From a virus (lineage: Duplodnaviria; Caudoviricetes): 46,021 nucleotides of DNA. Shown here piece after piece: positions 8,798-17,565 of the stretch. Positions within the stretch are counted from its first letter, which is position 1; each line of letters opens with the position of its first letter. The notes under the pieces are model-generated. The model made no database searches and was not told where the DNA came from. It saw only the letters and a list, made by a program, of their open reading frames with translations. The stretch covers positions 1 to 46,021 of the IMG/VR virus record IMGVR_UViG_3300032040_000017. One strand, 5' to 3'. The position numbers were made by a program, and so were the translations under genes.

Positions 8798-9819
8798 ACA
8801 CCAATGTTGTTCAGTTCAATCAGCAGAGGCGGACTATGTCCGATAATCAGCCGGCCCTGCGCGACGGCTACACACGAATCGTCAACGATGTGATGAAAGC
8901 CTGGCCAAAGGCGCGCCTGTCGGCCTACGAGCTGGCCATGTGCATTGCCATTGCCCAGCGCACGTTTGGCTTTAACAAGGGCAAGGACCGTATCGCAGCC
9001 TGCCAGCTCGCCGAGGACATGGGGATCACTCGGCCCAAGGCGTCGAAAATCCTGAACCAGCTTTTGCGCATGAACGTGGTGATTCGGGAGGGCGGTGCTC
9101 ATGGCCCCATCAAGATCAACACAACCACCGCTCAATGGCTGCGTCCGACGAAAGCGACCCGGGCCCCGGTAGTGCGTGAAACGTACCCAATTAAGGGACA
9201 GGGTGACGATATGGGTACAGTGTACCCAAATAGGGTACTAAATACGTACCCAATTTGGGGACACACAAGAGACAAGAGACAAAGTAATAGTATTGCTGCG
9301 CAATACCCGTCTGATTCTGACGAATCGACCCTCGCCGTTGAACCCAATAATTTCTCTGCCGCTGAACCCGAATTTCCCATCCCTCACACGAAAAAACCAA
9401 TCTGCCCGTACCGGAAAATTGTCGACCTGTACCACCAGATCCTGCCCGAGTTACCCGCCGTCCAGGTGCTCAGCGAAAAGCGCAAAAAACAAATCCGCGC
9501 CCGCTGGCTCTCGTCGGTCGGTACCCAGACCAAAACGCACTGTTCGACACTGGATTTTTGGGAGCGGTATTTCAATTACGTTCGCACCAAATGCCCGTTT
9601 CTGATGGGCCAAGGGCAGGTGTCTCCAGGGCGCACCACGTTTTTCGCAGATCTTGAGTGGCTAACCAACGCCTCGAATTTTATCAAGGTCATCGAACGTC
9701 GTTACGAGAACAAGAAAGGGGAGCCAGAAAATGACCCAAGTGGGAAAAATACTCAATCAAATCGTTCAGAACTCTCACGACAACAAACCGACCTTGAATA
9801 CGCCATCGACAACTTCTAG
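8794..9819 (+). CDS. Lambda O-like replication initiator
   Basis: GYTRIVND...RTFGFNKGKDRIAACQL N-domain; internal iterons; C-terminal ADLEWL..SNFIKVIE.RY. Confidence 0.88.
   Translation: MNTNVVQFNQQRRTMSDNQPALRDGYTRIVNDVMKAWPKARLSAYELAMCIAIAQRTFGFNKGKDRIAACQLAEDMGITRPKASKILNQLLRMNVVIREGGAHGPIKINTTTAQWLRPTKATRAPVVRETYPIKGQGDDMGTVYPNRVLNTYPIWGHTRDKRQSNSIAAQYPSDSDESTLAVEPNNFSAAEPEFPIPHTKKPICPYRKIVDLYHQILPELPAVQVLSEKRKKQIRARWLSSVGTQTKTHCSTLDFWERYFNYVRTKCPFLMGQGQVSPGRTTFFADLEWLTNASNFIKVIERRYENKKGEPENDPSGKNTQSNRSELSRQQTDLEYAIDNF
9183..9262. repeat. Replication-origin iterons (17-bp quasi-palindromes)
   Basis: GTACCCAATTAAGGGAC 9183, GTACCCAAATAGGGTAC 9222, GTACCCAATTTGGGGAC 9246, half-site GGGTAC 9213; followed by A-rich tract. 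Confidence 0.8.
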
Positions 9820-10246
9820 CCCGGCTTTCACGCGGGACGAAAAAGCCAAGGCGTCCATGTTCTTCGCCAGGGTCCAAACGATTTATGGCGCGGGCCGCTG
9901 CAAGGCGTTGTTTGTTGACAAGGACGAGCTGGTACTGATGCGCCGGGAATGGGCTAGAGAGCTAGGCGGGTTCACGGTTGAGCAGTTAGAAACCGTTCTT
10001 GCCAGGGTCAAGGGCAAGCTGGCCAAGGGCGATCCGGACTACAAATTCCCGGACGTGGCCCGAATCCTGGCCTTGGCCAACGAGGGCGAAACTTATTCTG
10101 CGCACAATGCCTTTCCAATCGGGCTACCGGAACCGGACTGGCGCAAGCAAGAGCGATTGGCGCGCGGATTGATCGCATCAAAAACCTGCATGGCCGTGAT
10201 GCACGGATCGGCATGCTTCATGGAGGACAAGCCCAATGACCAATGA
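9731..10246 (+). CDS. Lambda P-like helicase loader (putative)
   Basis: Directly follows O; FFARVQTIYG...RREWARELG...FP pattern of P-like proteins. Confidence 0.6.
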   Translation: MTQVGKILNQIVQNSHDNKPTLNTPSTTSSPAFTRDEKAKASMFFARVQTIYGAGRCKALFVDKDELVLMRREWARELGGFTVEQLETVLARVKGKLAKGDPDYKFPDVARILALANEGETYSAHNAFPIGLPEPDWRKQERLARGLIASKTCMAVMHGSACFMEDKPNDQ

Positions 10247-10904
10247 CCAGCTGAAATATGCTAAGACGCCCGACCAGCCAAGCGAAACCTTCCCGCCGGC
10301 GGGCTGGGTCGGCGCCTGTACCTGGGGCCGGAGGGCGAACTGGTTTGAGTGCGTGCTTCTGCCGGGGAAGGCGATCGCTGTCAACAAATTCGGGCAGTGG
10401 ATGGTGCTGGAGCCAGGCCGAGTCGTGAGCGTGCAGTTTCTTCGGGAGCTGCCCAGCGAGGCGGATCTTGAGCGTGAAGAAATCATCTGCGCAGCCGCAA
10501 TGGCCATGGAGGAGGACGCCGTAATAACCGAGTACGACGCCGCGGTTGCACTGTACGACAAGGGTCTGCTTCGCGAGCTCACCGCTGGCCCGTCGCCTGA
10601 GCCTGCCGTTCCGCTGTCGCCCCGCGAACAGGGATATCGCTGCGGCCTGGTTTACCGGTCATTGCCAGACTCGGAGAAAGCAAGCGAGGAATGGCGGGCT
10701 CACGCCCAGAGGATTATTTGGCACCTTAACCGCACTGGCATGCTGAAAAGCGAAAGGCGAATCAACATCGAAAAGGGGGAGGCGGATCGCGGCGCACGCG
10801 AACCGACACTGGATCCGATGACCGATAGCCCAAAGCCCCGGGACGTGTGGCACCAGCCAGGCAAGCGCACGGATCTGCCGTTTACTGTGGGGAATTCAAA
10901 GTGA
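10236..10904 (+). CDS. Hypothetical phage protein
   Basis: GGAGG RBS, 222 aa, coupled to neighbours. Confidence 0.65.
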   Translation: MTNDQLKYAKTPDQPSETFPPAGWVGACTWGRRANWFECVLLPGKAIAVNKFGQWMVLEPGRVVSVQFLRELPSEADLEREEIICAAAMAMEEDAVITEYDAAVALYDKGLLRELTAGPSPEPAVPLSPREQGYRCGLVYRSLPDSEKASEEWRAHAQRIIWHLNRTGMLKSERRINIEKGEADRGAREPTLDPMTDSPKPRDVWHQPGKRTDLPFTVGNSK

Positions 10905-11512
10905 GTATTTGCAACGTGAGCACGCCAACAGCAGAGCAGCTGGCAAATCCGCAATGGTGGGATGAGAGCGCGCCGAATCGGGCAACGCATTTTGACCCCG
11001 GCGATCTACGCAACCCCTGGATAATGAATTCTGTTGACGGCTGGAGCTTTTACTCGTCCCGTGGCCAAGAGTGGATTAAGTATTATCAGAAAAACCTTTT
11101 GGAAGTAAACGAAAGACGGTTAATCCCTCGCCCCGCATGGCCAGCTGTACCGGAATGGATGGGACTTATGCCGGCCGTTGGAGATGAGTGTGAAGCGGTT
11201 TGGCTGGAAGCCCCTGACGGCGGCTCACGCGAGTACGAACCGGTGATCGTTAAGGGCTATTTCAAGACTGAGATCATGCAGGTCTGGTTTTGCACACAGC
11301 ACGGCGAAGACCTTGTTTGCCGGATGGATAATTGCAGCTTTCGCCCCCTGCGCACCCCGGCAGTTCGGGAGCGTGACGACCTGGCCGGCGCACTGCTCGA
11401 TGACATGGATGCGCTAGACATACACATGCCGGGCAGCACGGCAAGAACTATTTCAAGAACTATTGCAAGCAGAATCATGAAGCGCGGCTGGCGCAAGGGG
11501 GGTGACAAGTGA
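10901..11512 (+). CDS. Hypothetical phage protein
   Basis: Start moved to GTG 10901 (GTGA overlap with upstream stop). Confidence 0.65.
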   Translation: MSICNVSTPTAEQLANPQWWDESAPNRATHFDPGDLRNPWIMNSVDGWSFYSSRGQEWIKYYQKNLLEVNERRLIPRPAWPAVPEWMGLMPAVGDECEAVWLEAPDGGSREYEPVIVKGYFKTEIMQVWFCTQHGEDLVCRMDNCSFRPLRTPAVRERDDLAGALLDDMDALDIHMPGSTARTISRTIASRIMKRGWRKGGDK

Positions 11513-11637
11513 TCCAAATCCTATCTGTAGTTCTGTTTTTTGCCGTGGGTGTAGCTATGGAATCACAGGGCGTTACTGATTTTATCGCCTACGCAATTAT
11601 GGGCTATGCCTGCGGGTTCATCGGGTGGGTCAGATGA
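11509..11637 (+). CDS. 42-aa hydrophobic protein (below ORF-track cutoff)
   Basis: GTGA and ATGA overlaps; MIQILSVVLFFAVGVAMESQGVTDFIAYAIMGYACGFIGWVR. Confidence 0.55.
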   Translation: MIQILSVVLFFAVGVAMESQGVTDFIAYAIMGYACGFIGWVR

Positions 11638-11792
11638 AAGGCATTGGCGAGGGTATCGCATTCGCTGGCCTGTGCGCTTCTGCGGCCTGGCTAGAGGTTA
11701 GCGGCAATACCGCGGACGGCCTATGGATCTCGGACGGCCTATGGATCGTGGTTGTGCTGTGGGCTCTTACCTCAAGCTGGGGTAAGAAATGA
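11634..11792 (+). CDS. 52-aa hydrophobic protein (below cutoff)
   Basis: ATGA overlaps; MKGIGEGIAFAGLCASAAWLEV...WIVVVLWALTSSWGKK; contains an 18-bp-period duplication. Confidence 0.55.
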   Translation: MKGIGEGIAFAGLCASAAWLEVSGNTADGLWISDGLWIVVVLWALTSSWGKK

Positions 11793-11847
11793 GCAAGCCA
11801 ACAAAGCAGCACCATGAATCGCGGCTGATCAAGGCGACTGACAAGTA

Positions 11848-12312
11848 ATGGCCAAGCGCCCCGAGCGTTTTGCGCTGCGAGTCCAGCCGGGCGGTTTCGC
11901 GCCGGCGGACCGAGCGACCCAGATGCGACTGCGGGACCGGAAATACAAAACCGGGGATCTGGTGTTTATGGAAATTCGCCGGCCGCGTAATCCAAAGTTT
12001 CACGGCCTTGCGCATCAACTGGGCGTGCTCTGCGCAGAAAACTTGGATGCGTTTGAGGGCGTGGATGCGCACCAGGTGCTGAAGCGGTTGCAGCTTGAGG
12101 CGCAGATCGGATGCGACGAAATGGCGATTGTCGTGCCTGGCGTCGGCAAATGCCTGCACTTGATTCCTCGCAGCTTGAGCTATGAGTCCATGAGCCAGGA
12201 TGAATTTTACGACGTGATGAAAGGGTTTTGTCGGTACATAGCGGCCCACTACTGGAAGAACCTTGCCCCCGAACAAATCGAAAATATGGCAGGAGTGATG
12301 ATTGATGAGTAA
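11848..12312 (+). CDS. DUF1367/NinB-like protein
   Basis: RPRNPKFH and PRSLSYESMSQDEFYD motifs; nin-region position. Confidence 0.65.
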   Translation: MAKRPERFALRVQPGGFAPADRATQMRLRDRKYKTGDLVFMEIRRPRNPKFHGLAHQLGVLCAENLDAFEGVDAHQVLKRLQLEAQIGCDEMAIVVPGVGKCLHLIPRSLSYESMSQDEFYDVMKGFCRYIAAHYWKNLAPEQIENMAGVMIDE

Positions 12313-12532
12313 GCGCAAAAACACTGTGCATTTGAAAAACCTGGGTGCGCCGAGGCAAACCAAAATCGCCAGCGCAACAACGCCAAAGGCCAAGGTCGCC
12401 TCCCGAGACAAGATCCAGAACGAGATCGAAGCGTTTCTAGCCAAGGGCGGCGAAATCAGTCGTCCCGATTTGCAGGACCGGACCCAGTGCGTCAAGCCTC
12501 GCTTTGATGCCCGCTGCTCCGCCGTCGAATGA
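12305..12532 (+). CDS. Small protein with SutA-like RNAP-binding motif
   Basis: IQNEIEAFLAKGGEI resembles the SutA conserved helix. Confidence 0.5.
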   Translation: MSKRKNTVHLKNLGAPRQTKIASATTPKAKVASRDKIQNEIEAFLAKGGEISRPDLQDRTQCVKPRFDARCSAVE

Positions 12533-13191
12533 CGGGCCTGCAGCGCAAGGCCCCGCTGGCCGACCGGGCGCCCATGACCGCCGCCCGCCGGCGCAAGTGC
12601 CGGTCATGCCAGGACTGGTATCGTCCCAGAAGCACGACCCAAAAGGCCTGCTCGGTGCGCTGTGCCCAGGTCATTGGCCGGCAGGTTCTGGACACGAAGC
12701 GCCGCCGGGAGTTGGCCGACACCACGCGCCAGGCCAAGATCGAGCATAAAGAAAAACGCGACTGGATCCGCACCAAGAAACAGGAGCTCAAGACCGCCAA
12801 GCAGCTCATCCAAGCCCTGCAGCCGGTGTTTAACAAGTGGGTCCGGTTTCGGGATGCAGGCCATCCGTGCATCAGCTGCAACCGATACGAGCATCAGATC
12901 CCGGACCACTTCACCGGGGGCAAAGTCGATTGTGGGCATTACCGCACAGTCGGTGCGAACCCCGGCCTGCGCTTTGAGCCCATGAACGCGCACAAGCAGT
13001 GCAAACACTGCAATAAGGATCTGGCGGGCAACGTGGTGGAGTACCGCAAGGGCCTGCTTCACAGGATTGGGGTGGAGGCCTTAGATCGGCTGGAAGGCCC
13101 GTACCCGCCGAAGAAATACACGCGGGATCAGGTGCTGGAACTCAGGGCCTGGTACTTGAAAGACACCCGACGAATGGAGAAAGCAGCATGA
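12529..13191 (+). CDS. ninG: NinG/Rap-family recombination endonuclease
   Basis: FNKWVRFRDAGHPCISC, DCGHYRTVGA..LRF...NAHKQCKHCN..LAGN. Confidence 0.9.
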   Translation: MTGLQRKAPLADRAPMTAARRRKCRSCQDWYRPRSTTQKACSVRCAQVIGRQVLDTKRRRELADTTRQAKIEHKEKRDWIRTKKQELKTAKQLIQALQPVFNKWVRFRDAGHPCISCNRYEHQIPDHFTGGKVDCGHYRTVGANPGLRFEPMNAHKQCKHCNKDLAGNVVEYRKGLLHRIGVEALDRLEGPYPPKKYTRDQVLELRAWYLKDTRRMEKAA

Positions 13192-13283
13192 GCCAGTTCG
13201 TGCCCTGGGCAGACTTGCCGGATCACATAAAGATCACTTACCAGTCTCAGGCTCAATATGAGCGTCAAGGCCCTAAAGCGTGA
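13188..13283 (+). CDS. 31-aa coupled mini-ORF
   Basis: ATGA overlap with ninG and GTGA overlap with next gene. Confidence 0.35.
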   Translation: MSQFVPWADLPDHIKITYQSQAQYERQGPKA

Positions 13284-13543
13284 CAAGTCACGAGCTGGCC
13301 GCCAAGCTCGGTATGCAAGAGTGCCACGTTCACGCCAATGAACTGGTCGACCTGGCCGACGCCAAAGACCGGCACGGCTACAAAGACCGACTGGAAGAGC
13401 TGGAGCGTGAGTTTGGCCTGGACTATCGCATGCTGGTCAGTTCGCACGCCGTTCGGCAGGTACAGATGCAGACGCGGTACTATACGCACAATGCCTGGCG
13501 TCATGTGTGGCGCGAAAATAGTCAACAGCGGGACAGCGAATGA
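13280..13543 (+). CDS. Hypothetical phage protein
   Basis: 87 aa, coupled at both ends. Confidence 0.55.
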   Translation: MTSHELAAKLGMQECHVHANELVDLADAKDRHGYKDRLEELEREFGLDYRMLVSSHAVRQVQMQTRYYTHNAWRHVWRENSQQRDSE

Positions 13544-14004
13544 GCGATGACATTAAAAAGCAGATACGAACCGCTCGACTCACTGCCGAGATCGCAGTGG
13601 ATCGAGTGGTTGCCATGATGCTTAGCAGCGACTGTGACGCAGGCTGGACCGGAAAGCACCCGCTCGGTACCTTTAACGACCTGAAAGGCTTTCGTCCGGA
13701 CGGGTCCGGTTTTGCGGGGTTTTCAAAAGTGTGGGAGCAAACGTTTATCCTGCAAGACTGGCCGCAGCGGTACCACGACGCCAGGGCCTGGCTCGCACAG
13801 CTCAAAGGCTCATACCGCGAAGCGATACTGTTTGATCGGATCGCACGTAACGTGGTCCGCAGATCAACTGACAGGGGGCTGGTGCATTGGACGGACGGGG
13901 AGATTGCGAACACATTGCAGCTGACACCGGAAAATTTCCGGCAGAGGGTGTGTCGCGGCTACCGGCACCTGATCTTACTCAGTGCGCCGGAGCTGCGACG
14001 GTAG
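13540..14004 (+). CDS. Q-like late transcription regulator (putative antiterminator)
   Basis: Last gene of early right operon; C-terminal HTH WTDGEIANTLQLTPENFRQRVCRG. Confidence 0.55.
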   Translation: MSDDIKKQIRTARLTAEIAVDRVVAMMLSSDCDAGWTGKHPLGTFNDLKGFRPDGSGFAGFSKVWEQTFILQDWPQRYHDARAWLAQLKGSYREAILFDRIARNVVRRSTDRGLVHWTDGEIANTLQLTPENFRQRVCRGYRHLILLSAPELRR

Positions 14005-14175
14005 TTACTCGGGCCGGCTGAACACAACGGCGTGCTCGATGGCCACGGACAAGCTGGGCAGCTCCCAGCGCGCTTGATACGCCCGCAGTGCGTTCAGCGC
14101 CGCTTCCGACACGTCGATGCCTTTGAGCTTCTTGCGCGCTCGGTAGCTGCGGACGCGCTCCGTAGGGGTTTTCAT
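14005..14175 (-). CDS. 56-aa RHH-like DNA-binding protein (below cutoff)
   Basis: GAGGAG RBS, ATGA overlap; MKTPTERVRSYRARKKLKGIDVSEAALNALRAYQARWELPSLSVAIEHAV. Confidence 0.6.
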   Translation of the reverse strand: MKTPTERVRSYRARKKLKGIDVSEAALNALRAYQARWELPSLSVAIEHAVVFSRPE

Positions 14176-14726
14176 TCTGGTTGCTCCTCAGCCGGGTGCC
14201 CTGTCAGTCCGGATACCTGCATACCTACCTGGACGGCCTTTATTATTCGGCAAAGGTACTGATAGGCGGGGTTCGGTCTGTTAGGAATCGAATGCCACCA
14301 CTCTTCGCCAAAAATGATTTGCATGGCGCTGCCATCAAGATCACAGGCAGATTCCGCATTTGAAAACCGCTCAGCATCGCCAAATAGGTCGCGAGCCTCA
14401 CTTTCAGTAAGATCTCTGTTGCGGCGAAGGCGACAAACCTCTTTCTTGCCTTCGGCTTCTAGCGCTTCGTAATCCGGAACATCGCCACTAATGCCGCTCA
14501 ACTTTTTGGCTATATAGTGCTCGTCGCAGCTACAGAAGAATGTGGCGACATTTTTACCGCCCATCGCGCCCCAACAAGCGCTCCATGAATCGCCATAGCA
14601 CTCAATGATTATTTTTCCCTTGCCCAACTCGAAGTCCTCAAGAATTACAGTCACAGAGTCAAGCTGAAAATCAGCCTGGAGATCCCTAAGGGTCAATTTT
14701 TGAACTGCTGTTATCTCGGCATTCAT
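14172..14726 (-). CDS. Hypothetical phage protein
   Basis: 184 aa, coupled at both ends; LDSVTVILEDFELGKGKIIIECYGDSWSACWGAMG pattern recalled from prophage proteins. Confidence 0.75.
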   Translation of the reverse strand: MNAEITAVQKLTLRDLQADFQLDSVTVILEDFELGKGKIIIECYGDSWSACWGAMGGKNVATFFCSCDEHYIAKKLSGISGDVPDYEALEAEGKKEVCRLRRNRDLTESEARDLFGDAERFSNAESACDLDGSAMQIIFGEEWWHSIPNRPNPAYQYLCRIIKAVQVGMQVSGLTGHPAEEQPE

Positions 14727-14905
14727 GCTGCAAACCTCACGTTGTCGCGCCGTGCTGTGTGCTCAGCCAGCCGCTGCGCATTTGATTTAGCGTCGATGCC
14801 GGTCAGCGTGACCGACTGGATGGGGGTGGCCGTAGCGCCGCGTACTGGGCGCTGGCTGTCGGTGACCATGGCGAGGGTTTCGGCGAAGCGGTCGCAGCGG
14901 CTCAT
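14723..14905 (-). CDS. Small hypothetical protein
   Basis: 60 aa, ATGA overlaps on both sides. Confidence 0.55.
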   Translation of the reverse strand: MSRCDRFAETLAMVTDSQRPVRGATATPIQSVTLTGIDAKSNAQRLAEHTARRDNVRFAA

Positions 14906-15249
14906 CGCAGTGCCGCCTCTGCTTTATCGGTGATCTTAATGATTAGGCGGTTGCCCCGCTCGATGGCGTCGTGATCGGTACCGCTGATATCTGCGACGAC
15001 CTCCCAGGGCGAATTACCCAGCACAAGATGCAGGGTAAAGCGGTCGCCCCGATTATCCCGGTAGCGTATCGCGCCCATGTCGGCAGCCGTGGCCCAGGCC
15101 AGAGCTTCGGCGTAAGTGGCGTCGGCGGTTACGTCGTGACCCATCCACTCCTCGCCGTCATAGGCGTTGACCAGCTGATAGCCAGACTCGGCGAGGGTGT
15201 CCATTATAGCGGTCAGTACCTGACGTTCTTGCTTTGTATTTTCGTTCAT
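14902..15249 (-). CDS. Hypothetical phage protein
   Basis: 115 aa, GGAG RBS. Confidence 0.7.
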   Translation of the reverse strand: MNENTKQERQVLTAIMDTLAESGYQLVNAYDGEEWMGHDVTADATYAEALAWATAADMGAIRYRDNRGDRFTLHLVLGNSPWEVVADISGTDHDAIERGNRLIIKITDKAEAALR

Positions 15250-15279
15250 AGGTGTTGCTCCGTGTGTGATTGGTTGAGC

Positions 15280-15528
15280 CTAAAGGGTGAAAGGGGCTAA
15301 AGATAAGTATCGGCCATCGTCGTAGGCTCTCATGATTCCGGCCTGGTTGAAGTCGTCGTCGTGCACGCGCACCTGGCCATAAACGCCCCGGGTCTGGTCG
15401 GCAAAGCGCACTGTCAGAATTGTTCCGAATATGTCGCCCTTGCGATCGAGGACTTCAGCCTCGATGAACTGGCCCTCTGGGCTGTACTGGCGCCTGGTGT
15501 TGAATCTGATTGTGTCGGTCGTTTCCAT
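15280..15528 (-). CDS. Hypothetical phage protein, first gene of reverse operon
   Basis: Start moved to ATG 15528 (METTDTIRF) behind GGAGGG. Confidence 0.65.
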   Translation of the reverse strand: METTDTIRFNTRRQYSPEGQFIEAEVLDRKGDIFGTILTVRFADQTRGVYGQVRVHDDDFNQAGIMRAYDDGRYLSLAPFTL

Positions 15529-15562
15529 GGTGTGATCCCTCCAGATCAGTGATTTAGACTTT

Positions 15563-15604
15563 ACCTTAGAGGGTGTAACCCGGTTACGCAAGTAAAACAT
15601 TACT
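15563..15604 (-). promoter_or_regulatory. Leftward promoter with operator-like box
   Basis: TTGCGT-17 bp-TAAGGT on minus strand; AGTAAAACATTACT at 15591-15604. Confidence 0.55.
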
Positions 15605-15623
15605 AAAAAAGCACTTAGATTAC

Positions 15624-15664
15624 TTGAGCGTGGTGTCACAGGAGAGTATCCTTTCGGCTATCTT
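15624..15664 (+). promoter_or_regulatory. pR'-like late promoter with downstream -10-like pause element
   Basis: TTGAGC(15624)-17 bp-TATCCT(15647), then TATCTT at 15659. Confidence 0.5.
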
Positions 15665-15683
15665 GCACGTTTTGTCAATTTAC

Positions 15684-15715
15684 AGCCCGTTCCATCACTG
15701 GATGCGGGCTTTTTT
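15684..15715 (+). terminator. tR'-like intrinsic terminator before lysis genes
   Basis: AGCCCG..TCCA/TGGA..CGGGCT hairpin followed by T-run. Confidence 0.7.
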
Positions 15716-15738
15716 ATGCCCAAGTAATAGAGGTGTTC

Positions 15739-16152
15739 ATGGATCGACGATTGCTGCGCAAACAACTGAAGCGGCACGAGGGCCTGCGGCTAAAGCCGTA
15801 CCTGGATACCGTCGGAAAGCTCACTGTTGGCTATGGCCGAAACCTGGACGACGTTGGAATCTCTCGCGGCGAAGCCGACTTCATGCTCGATAACGACATC
15901 GAGATGATCGCTCGCGAGCTGGAGACAGTGGACGAGTACCGCGAGCTAGACCTCATGCGAAAAACTGTGATCGCCAACATGGCGTTCAACTTGGGGTTCC
16001 GTGGGCTGATGGGCTTCAAGAACATGTGGACGGCCATCGCCCAGGGCAATTACGAGATCGCCGCCGCTGAAATGCTGAACTCAAAATGGGCCGGCCAGGT
16101 CGGCTCTCGCGCTATTGAGCTTGCCGAGCTTATGCGCACCGGTGGGAAGTGA
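15739..16152 (+). CDS. Endolysin, lysozyme (GH24/T4-like)
   Basis: HEGLRLKPYLDTVGKLTVGYGRNL E-x8-D-x5-T catalytic motif; NMAFNLG; GAGGTG RBS before ATG 15739. Confidence 0.92.
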   Translation: MDRRLLRKQLKRHEGLRLKPYLDTVGKLTVGYGRNLDDVGISRGEADFMLDNDIEMIARELETVDEYRELDLMRKTVIANMAFNLGFRGLMGFKNMWTAIAQGNYEIAAAEMLNSKWAGQVGSRAIELAELMRTGGK

Positions 16153-16499
16153 CTGTGAACGACACAGAAACCATTCTCCAGGCCCTTAAAGATCATCGCG
16201 AAGAAACTCGGCAAGACATGCACGAACTGCGCGGTGCTGTTGTAAAAATCGCTGACGCTGCGGCCGACATGGGCAAAACAATGGCGCGGTCGGAAGAGCG
16301 CCACAGCAGCAACGAAGAAGTTGTTAAGCGGCTGGCGCGATCCGTTGACGATCACGAAGTGCGCATCCGGGGCGTGGAGATAAAGCTGCGGACAAGGCAG
16401 GGATCCATCGCCGGCGGCTGGAAAGTCGTAACCGTGATGGGGTCGCTACTGCTGGGGGCGGCGACGGTGATCGCGGTCCTGATAAACGTCCTTACCTAA
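16149..16499 (+). CDS. Coiled-coil protein with C-terminal TM helix (holin-like, putative)
   Basis: Coupled to endolysin; C-terminal hydrophobic stretch. Confidence 0.55.
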   Translation: MTVNDTETILQALKDHREETRQDMHELRGAVVKIADAAADMGKTMARSEERHSSNEEVVKRLARSVDDHEVRIRGVEIKLRTRQGSIAGGWKVVTVMGSLLLGAATVIAVLINVLT

Positions 16500-16512
16500 T
16501 ACGGAGAGTCCC

Positions 16513-16956
16513 ATGATAAACATGAGAACCAACAGAACCATTGCTGTTGTTTTAACGGCACTACTGGCCCTCGGCGGCTGCGCCGTCGTGGACAAGATCG
16601 AGTCCAGCCCCATGGCCTCGCACCTGGTCACCAGCCAGTTGACGCTGCGCTTCATCGCCGGCTCTGATGATCCTGTGGCCCGCGCTGAAGGCGTGCGGTC
16701 CGTGGTCGCCAAGGTGCGCAGTGATGTATCCGGTACACAATCCTACTCTATTGCTGAACTGGATCAGGTAGTGCGCGAGCAGATCAGCTGGCAAAGCTAC
16801 TCGGTGGCCGATCAGGCACTACTGGATATGGCCCTGACCAAAGCCGCCACCACCCTGACCGAGCTCATTGGGGAGGGCGCGATTGATCCCGGCCAGACCG
16901 AAACCGTGGATACCCTGCTGACGTGGATAGATAACGCCGCGCTCCGGGTCATCTGA
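16513..16956 (+). CDS. Lipoprotein of lysis cassette
   Basis: Signal peptide with lipobox LALGG-C. Confidence 0.7.
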   Translation: MINMRTNRTIAVVLTALLALGGCAVVDKIESSPMASHLVTSQLTLRFIAGSDDPVARAEGVRSVVAKVRSDVSGTQSYSIAELDQVVREQISWQSYSVADQALLDMALTKAATTLTELIGEGAIDPGQTETVDTLLTWIDNAALRVI

Positions 16957-17345
16957 TGGGCATGACGGTTGAGCTGGGACCATTGCCGGCGTTCACGGCG
17001 CTCGTAAAAGAGCACGTCGAGGGTGACAAGTGGCGTCTCATCAAGCCGTTGTTCTATTTCCACCATAGCGGCAAGACCTTCATCGTGCCGGCGGGCTTTG
17101 TCTGCGATGGCGACAGTGTCCCGCGCATTCCCCTCATATACGCGCTGTACAAGGGCCGAGCCGTTCAAGCCGCCTGGGTGCATGACTACCTGTACAGGGA
17201 ACAGCGCGGTAAGGAGTTTGCCGACTGGATGTTCCTTGACGCCATGAAGGACCAGGGGCTGCCCGAACATATTCGCTACCCGATCTATTGGGGACCGGCT
17301 CTGTTCGGAGATAGCAGTTACCGCAAGTACAGCATCAAGTCCTGA
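16956..17345 (+). CDS. DUF1353 protein
   Basis: VPAGFVCDGDSVPR...AAWVHDYLY...ADWMFLDAM. Confidence 0.85.
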   Translation: MGMTVELGPLPAFTALVKEHVEGDKWRLIKPLFYFHHSGKTFIVPAGFVCDGDSVPRIPLIYALYKGRAVQAAWVHDYLYREQRGKEFADWMFLDAMKDQGLPEHIRYPIYWGPALFGDSSYRKYSIKS

Positions 17346-17565
17346 CAAGGCACTCGAAACACCCTAGCGCGACCGATTTCAGGCCACGTCGAGAGACGCC
17401 GCCAAGGCCCTGCCGTGAGGCACCGCCACAATGCGAAGACTACTGGTAATTTAAAGCTGGGAAGCCACGACTGATACCAGTCCCAGCCTTCGCACCACCG
17501 CCGGCACGTCGTGATGACGCCCGGCATCTATTTAAGGAGGCGCCGCCAATAGGCCGCGTATCTGA

